Positions 34,196 through 39,800 of a stretch of DNA of 39,800 bases are shown here, piece after piece (the stretch's first letter is position 1; each line of letters opens with the position of its first letter). This DNA comes from Octopus bimaculoides. Taxonomy: Eukaryota. The stretch lies in assembly GCF_001194135.2 (NCBI RefSeq), contig NC_068993.1, positions 40,702,605 through 40,742,404 of the forward strand, in the 5' to 3' direction. The notes beneath the pieces are model-generated. The model saw nothing but the letters and a program-made list of their open reading frames with translations, was not told where the DNA came from and made no database searches. Both the position numbers and the translations under genes were made by a program.

Positions 34196-34340
34196 TTAGG
34201 AGCCCCTCTTCAGGAAATCTTTGGGAAAATGGTGTTGTGAGTTGGCTTCTCTAATATGAAGTGTGTGTATATCACTACAGACCACAGAAATCTGCTCACA
34301 ACACTATTTCATCAGACATTTCTTGAAGAGGGGCTATTAA
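34196..34340. repeat. Imperfect 145-bp foldback palindrome
   Basis: agcccctcttca (34201-34212) and tgaagaggggct (34324-34335) form a perfect 12-bp inverted repeat. aaatggtgttgtgag (34227-34241) and ctcacaacactattt (34295-34309) match at 14/15. Partial pairing continues to the centre. Confidence 0.8.
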
Positions 34341-34419
34341 GTACAAAAATATGGATTTATGGTGGGGGGGTCAAAGTTGGGAACAAAAACAGGACAGTGG
34401 AGACATACATATATATGTA

Positions 34420-34622
34420 TGTGTCTGTATTTGTATCTCCACTATCGCATGACAACCGATGTTGCTGTGTTTATCTCCCCATAATTTAGCTGTTTGGCAA
34501 AACGCACCGAAAGAATAGGTATTAGGGTTACACAGAATAAATCCTGGGGTCGATCTTTTCAGCTAAAAGTGGTGATCCAGCATGGCCGCAGTCACATGAC
34601 CTAAACAAGTAAAACAATAAAA
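34420..34622 (+). mobile_element. SINE family A 3' half
   Basis: ccactatcgcatgacaaccgatgttgctgtgtttat...cctggggtcgatc...ccagcatggccgcagtcacatgacctaaacaagtaaaacaataaaag. Confidence 0.85.
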
Positions 34623-34640
34623 GACAATGCCATTTTAACT

Positions 34641-34667
34641 CCGAGCAACGCTGGGTATCTCTGCTAG
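34641..34667 (+). mobile_element. Helitron-type 3' terminus (GC hairpin plus CTAG)
   Basis: ccgagc-aac-gctgg hairpin, a 9-nt spacer, then CTAG (34664-34667) followed by an AT microsatellite; no matching 5' end was identified. Confidence 0.45.
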
Positions 34668-34687
34668 AATATATATATGTGTGTGTG

Positions 34688-34725
<38 letters not shown>

Positions 34726-35991
34726 TATGTGTGTATATATATATTTATTNNNNNNNNNNNNNNNNNNNNNNNNNNNNNNNNNNNNNNNNNNNNNNNNNNN
34801 NNNNNNNNNNNNNNNNNNNNNNNNNNNNNNNNNNNNNNNNNNNNNNNNNNNNNNNNNNNNNNNNNNNNNNNNNNNNNNNNNNNNNNNNNNNNNNNNNNNN
34901 NNNNNNNNNNNNNNNNNNNNNNNNNNNNNNNNNNNNNNNNNNNNNNNNNNNNNNNNNNNNNNNNNNNNNNNNNNNNNNNNNNNNNNNNNNNNNNNNNNNN
35001 NNNNNNNNNNNNNNNNNNNNNNNNNNNNNNNNNNNNNNNNNNNNNNNNNNNNNNNNNNNNNNNNNNNNNNNNNNNNNNNNNNNNNNNNNNNNNNNNNNNN
35101 NNNNNNNNNNNNNNACATACCCCCACAGACGCACACACACACATAAATATATATATTTGTGTGGAGAGTTTGACAGGAACCAAAAAGTACAGAACGAAAA
35201 AAGTGAAGAATTTTGTTTTTGATTTCTTTATTTATTTTGTTCTATGTCCTTTTTTTTTTCTCTTTATTTTTCATTTGCTTCATCACAAATTCTACCTTTT
35301 CCAGCTTACTAGGAGGAAATAGTAATATCAACACTGAAAACAATAATCAAATTATTAATAATAACAATAATAGTAACAACAACAACTATTATTATTATAA
35401 TTATTATTATTATTATTATTATTATTTTCATTATTATTATTATTACTATTATTATTATTATTTGTTAGGCTTCTGGAGGAGGAGGAATGCGAATGGCATC
35501 GGCAACACGTACACAATATAGAATATATTCCCAAAGAAGTTAGTCATAAGATAAATACAAGGGTTTCATTGCTGCACCTGTTATTAATGTATGCACCAAA
35601 CAACCTCACTTTTCACAGGATGTTTCTCTCTTTAAGCCAGTTCGCTTACAGGCAACTAAGAAAGCAGGAATAAGAAAATAAATGGTTTAATGTCTACAAG
35701 AGATGCTGGCAGCTGAAGGACACCGCAAAGAATGAGACTTAGGAAACATGCTGTATAATTGGTTCTTTGTCTCTAGTTTGGTTCTGAAAAGAGAAGGATG
35801 GGAGGCAGGTGGAGATGTTTTGCTGATTTCTGAAGTTTATTGTTCAGTTATTCTCATGAAGCTTTTGCTAAATTAGTGTTTTTGTAAACTGGTGGCATTG
35901 GTGGCGATGATGTTTTGTACTTCCTGCATAGTTGCACAACAATCTGTTCACTAGAGAAGTAAAAATTGCTCACACACACACCCTCTAATAG

Positions 35992-36018
35992 GTCCCCAAC
36001 TTTTGCCATCGACTCGTG
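35992..36018 (+). CDS. Candidate 27-nt symmetric microexon
   Basis: cacacacacaccctctaatag|GTCCCCAACTTTTGCCATCGACTCGTG|gtaagt; length is divisible by 3 and all three frames are open. Confidence 0.2.
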
Positions 36019-36149
36019 GTAAGTTAGATATAATTTGAAACAGCAGAGTGAATTATGAAATAATTAGACTACCTGTTTAAAATTTACGAATTAAGGTGGA
36101 GTCATTCAGAATATAATGTAGAATAGGATGTCAGTTCAGTCTAATAATT

Positions 36150-36786
36150 ATTGTTGTTGTTATCACTCCGTCACTTACGACATTGAGGGTTCCAGTTGAT
36201 CCGATCAACGGAACAGCCTGCTCGTGAAATTAATGTGCAAGTGGCTGAGCGCTCCACAGACACTTGTACCCGTAACGTAGTTCTCGGGGATATTCAGCGT
36301 GACACAGTGTGACAAGGCTGACCCTTTGAATTACAGGCACAACAGAAACAGGAAGAAAGAGTGAGAGAAAGTTGTGGTGAAAGAATACAGCAGGGTTCAC
36401 CACCATCCCCTGCCGGAGTCCCGTGGAGCTTTAGGTGTTTTCGCTCAATAAACACTCGCAACGCCTGGTCTGNNNNNNNNNNATGTGCAAGTGGCTGAGC
36501 GCTCCACAGACACTTGTACCCGTAACGTAGTTCTCGGGGATATTCAGCGTGACACAGTGTGACAAGGCTGACCCTTTGAATTACAGGCACAACAGAAACA
36601 GGAAGAAAGAGTGAGAGAAAGTTGTGGTGAAAGAATACAGCAGGGTTCACCACCATCCCCTGCCGGAGTCCCGTGGAGCTTTAGGTGTTTTCGCTCAATA
36701 AACACTCGCAACGCCTGGTCTGGGAATCGAAACCGCAATCCTATGACCGTGAGTCCGCTGCCCTAACCACTGGGCCATTGCTCCTC
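36150..36786 (-). mobile_element. SINE family D (tRNA-headed, (AAC)n tail), young full-length copy with an internal 240-bp artefactual duplication
   Basis: Head ggaggagcaatggcccagtggttagggcagcggactcacggtc...ggtttcgattccc has A and B boxes, CpGs are retained, and the tail is ataacaacaacaa. 36233-36472 is identical to 36483-36722 across a 10-N gap. Confidence 0.9.
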
Positions 36787-36834
36787 CGTAAGAACTATAC
36801 ATCCATTCCAAATGAAACTTGATGACGTTATCAA

Positions 36835-37020
36835 TAAATCATCACCATCATTTAGTGTTTGTTTTCCATGCTAACATGGGTTAGACAGTTTGACTGGAGC
36901 TGGTATGCTGGAGAGCTGCACCAGGTTCCACTCTGTTCTGGCTTGATTTTTATGGCTGGATGCCCTTCCTAATGCCAATTATGTATCAGATACCTTTTAC
37001 ATGTCACCAGAATGGGTGCC
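36835..37020 (-). mobile_element. SINE family C 3' fragment
   Basis: tcatcaccatcatttagtgtttgttttccatgctaacatgggttagacag...gctggatgcccttcctaatgccaa. Confidence 0.8.
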
Positions 37021-37119
37021 TCTCTAATAAATAATTGATAAAACTTTCTTTATATTAGTTTGATTCCTTGACACTTCACATGCTGTTGTCTTTATAGAAA
37101 GGATCGTTTTATTCTAGAT

Positions 37120-37440
37120 ACACTATGTGGAGTAGACTGGATGGAGAAATATGAAACAGAGTGCCTTGCTCAAGGATACAACCCACTACCTGACTCAGAA
37201 ATTGAATTGGGAAGGTGCATGGCTTTGTAGCTAGGGTGTTGAACTCACAAACAGAAGATTGTTAGCTAAATTCTTGAATCAGGCAGCAGGTTGTACCCTT
37301 GAGCAAGGTACAACATTTCACATGGTTCCATCTCATATGTTCCTCTGGGCCAAAGGGGGTTGTGTGGATTGAAAGATATCCATGTGTCTTCATCTCTACG
37401 TAAGACACCTTAAATAATTAACAAAAGCATGGTACATGCT
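37120..37440. mobile_element. Diverged SINE fragments (minus 37120-37200, plus 37210-37440)
   Basis: agtagactggatggagaaatatgaaacagagtgccttgctcaagga, and a degenerate head ggaaggtgcatggctttgtagctagggtgttgaactcac...cccttgagcaagg. Confidence 0.55.
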
Positions 37441-39757
37441 ACCAAGTCATTGTGCCATGACTTGACAGCAATGGACATGCTCTATATGATGAAAAAGTTT
37501 TTGCTCATCTGTATGTCTTTTAAATGAAGGCAGACCTGAATCAAAAACAACAACACCACCACCACCAACAACAACAACAAACAACAACAACATCATTGTT
37601 GCCATCATCATTAAATTGGTCTGCTGTATTAATATAAACAAGATGACTTCTTAAAACATAATGGGTTTGTAATTATGAGAAGCTATTAGAAAATTTCTTT
37701 GACATCAACAATAACAAATTTCAACTAGATTCAACTCAAAACTTATTCAGTCCACAAATTTTTCTTTATAGTTAGTCATTTCCTGTCATTTAAATCTTCA
37801 GCCATCATTAATAATAATATTAACAACAACAATAATAATAATTACTATTATGGTTTTAAAATATTTCAGATACTGAATTTTTTTTGTTTACTAAATACTA
37901 TATTTTAAATGAAATTTTTTAAGAATTTTTTTTTTTTAATCTCTATATTCGTTATTTTCATCTTAATTTGTTGCCAATTCTTTTTAACTTTTTTTTTTTA
38001 CTTTGAAAAATATTGCCATTTCCCCATTTTAAAAGAAAAAAAAGTTTAGAATTGAATGAATTTTCATTTTATATTGGAACAATTCCAGAATATTTCATCA
38101 ATATTTTTTTTTCTTTTTCTTGNNNNNNNNNNNNNNNNNNNNNNNNNNNNNNNNNNNNNNNNNNNNNNNNNNNNNNNNNNNNNNNNNNNNNNNNNNNNNN
38201 NNNNNNNNNNNNNNNNNNNNNNNNNNNNNNNNNNNNNNNNNNNNNNNNNNNNNNNNNNNNNNNNNNNNNNNNNNNNNNNNNNNNNNNNNNNNNNNNNNNN
38301 NNNNNNNNNNNNNNNNNNNNNNNNNNNNNNNNNNNNNNNNNNNNNNNNNNNNNNNNNNNNNNNNNNNNNNNNNNNNNNNNNNNNNNNNNNNNNNNNNNNN
38401 NNNNNNNNNNNNNNNNNNNNNNNNNNNNNNNNNNNNNNNNNNNNNNNNNNNNNNNNNNNNNNNNNNNNNNNNNNNNNNNNNNNNNNNNNNNNNNNNNNNN
38501 NNNNNNNNNNNNNNNNNNNNNNNNNNNNNNNNNNNNNNNNNNNNNNNNNNNNNNNNNNNNNNNNNNNNNNNNNNNNNNNNNNNNNNNNNNNNNNNNNNNN
38601 NNNNNNNNNNNNNNNNNNNNNNNNNNNNNNNNNNNNNNNNNNNNNNNNNNNNNNNNNNNNNNNNNNNNNNNNNNNNNNNNNNNNNNNNNNNNNNNNNNNN
38701 NNNNNNNNNNNNNNNNNNNNNNNNNNNNNNNNNNNNNNNNNNNNNNNNNNNNNNNNNNNNNNNTTTTTGTAAAAAAAAAAATAACGAAGAAAAATAGTTT
38801 TAAAACTTAAAAACCACTTTATCAATAAAGAATTAAAATGACTAAAGATTTTTATGAAAATCTTTAATAGGAAAACAACTGTCTTTCTTTCTATTTTTTT
38901 GTCATTATTTATCTTGGAATAAAATCGTCCAAGAAACAGTCAAAGATGGAGAGTGGAAACTCTTCAAGGTTTCCTTCTCTTTATTTCTTCTACTCATTTT
39001 TCTTTCTCAAATATTGGCACACGCAAACACCAAAAATGAGAAAAAGCCATTCAAAATACAATGGTAAAGCTGGGATGTGGGAGATTGTGAAAGCATTGGA
39101 GGGAAGGGGCATTTTTCTAACCACTATAATGGTACCGTTGGTGTTGTTGTTAATGGTGAAGTGACAAGGAAAGTGGTTAGGATGAATTTTAATGGTGGTG
39201 ATCATTGTACTGGTGGTAGTGAGGTTGATGGAGGTGGGAGTGCTAATGACATGGCAGGTGGACAGTATGAGAACTGTGTGTGATGGTGATGGGTATGCTT
39301 ATGATGTATGGATGGTGGTGGCACTGATGGTGGTGGTGGAGGGTTATAGTGCAGTTGATGATGTTGGTAAAAAGAGATATATCTCAGCTATAGATTATAG
39401 TGGAAGGGCCTTAGTGATGTTGTTAATATTGGTGAAAAGGTGTTGATTTTTCTTGTTAATAACGGGAGTATAAAGTTGATATTCATAATGTTAAAGTGGT
39501 GCATATAATGTGTGTAGTAATATTTGGAGGCAAAGGTGATTTTGATAATGTTGGTGAAATAAAGTTGATAATGTGGTTTGTAATATTAGGGTCTTAGGAG
39601 CATATATGTACACTCACACGAAGACATGCACAGACCTCTGTGTGTGTGTGTGTGTGTGTGTAAATGTTAAACGATAAAAGTGAGTGCTTAATATTATCTT
39701 AAGATATTGAGATATTTTCTATTTTTCTGAACATGAAACCAATGGTCGCCTTAATTC

Positions 39758-39800
<43 letters not shown>

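Noticed and set aside
34165-34225. 45-nt minus-strand segment with a good acceptor and AAG|gtaagt donor
   Set aside because: All three frames contain stops, and it lies in the foldback arm.
36715-36786. tRNA-like sequence with A and B boxes on the minus strand
   Set aside because: It continues directly into a SINE body and (AAC)n tail and lacks a closed acceptor stem, so it is a SINE head rather than a tRNA gene.
38871-39063. 193-nt open plus-strand segment with a hydrophobic stretch and a TG|gtaaag donor
   Set aside because: The hydrophobicity comes from a T/C-rich tract, the acceptor is weak, and there is no recognisable homology.
1-39800. The many ORFs in the track rich in YI, VC, HT, SL or X
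   Set aside because: They are translations of dinucleotide microsatellites or run through N-gaps; they are not evidence of genes.
1-39800. CRISPR arrays, rRNA genes, prokaryotic operons
   Set aside because: There are no regularly spaced repeat-spacer arrays or rRNA motifs, and the sequence has a metazoan repeat landscape.

Overview
AT-rich eukaryotic genomic DNA, very likely octopus. This is inferred from the tRNA-headed SINE families and the dense (TA)n/(TG)n/(GAT)n/(AAC)n microsatellites. The assembly is a short-read scaffold with 12 N-gaps (about 2.7 kb). I cannot confidently identify any host protein-coding gene: nearly all ORFs in the track are microsatellite, gap or retroelement artefacts, so the window is most likely intronic or intergenic. 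It holds at least four SINE families (dozens of copies), fossil fragments of three non-LTR clades (L1/Tx1, RTE, and an R4/Dong-type restriction-like endonuclease), two families of TTAA-flanked piggyBac-type MITEs, two hAT-type MITEs, a Helitron-type 3' tip and two foldback palindromes. The most notable signal is a minimal type-I hammerhead-ribozyme fold with a variant core (minus strand 8921-8957), of the kind associated with Penelope-like elements and retrozymes. Several isolated splice-site-bounded segments are listed as low-confidence exon candidates. Two exact ~240-bp duplications beside 10-N gaps look like assembly artefacts. All calls were made by eye, with no database searches.
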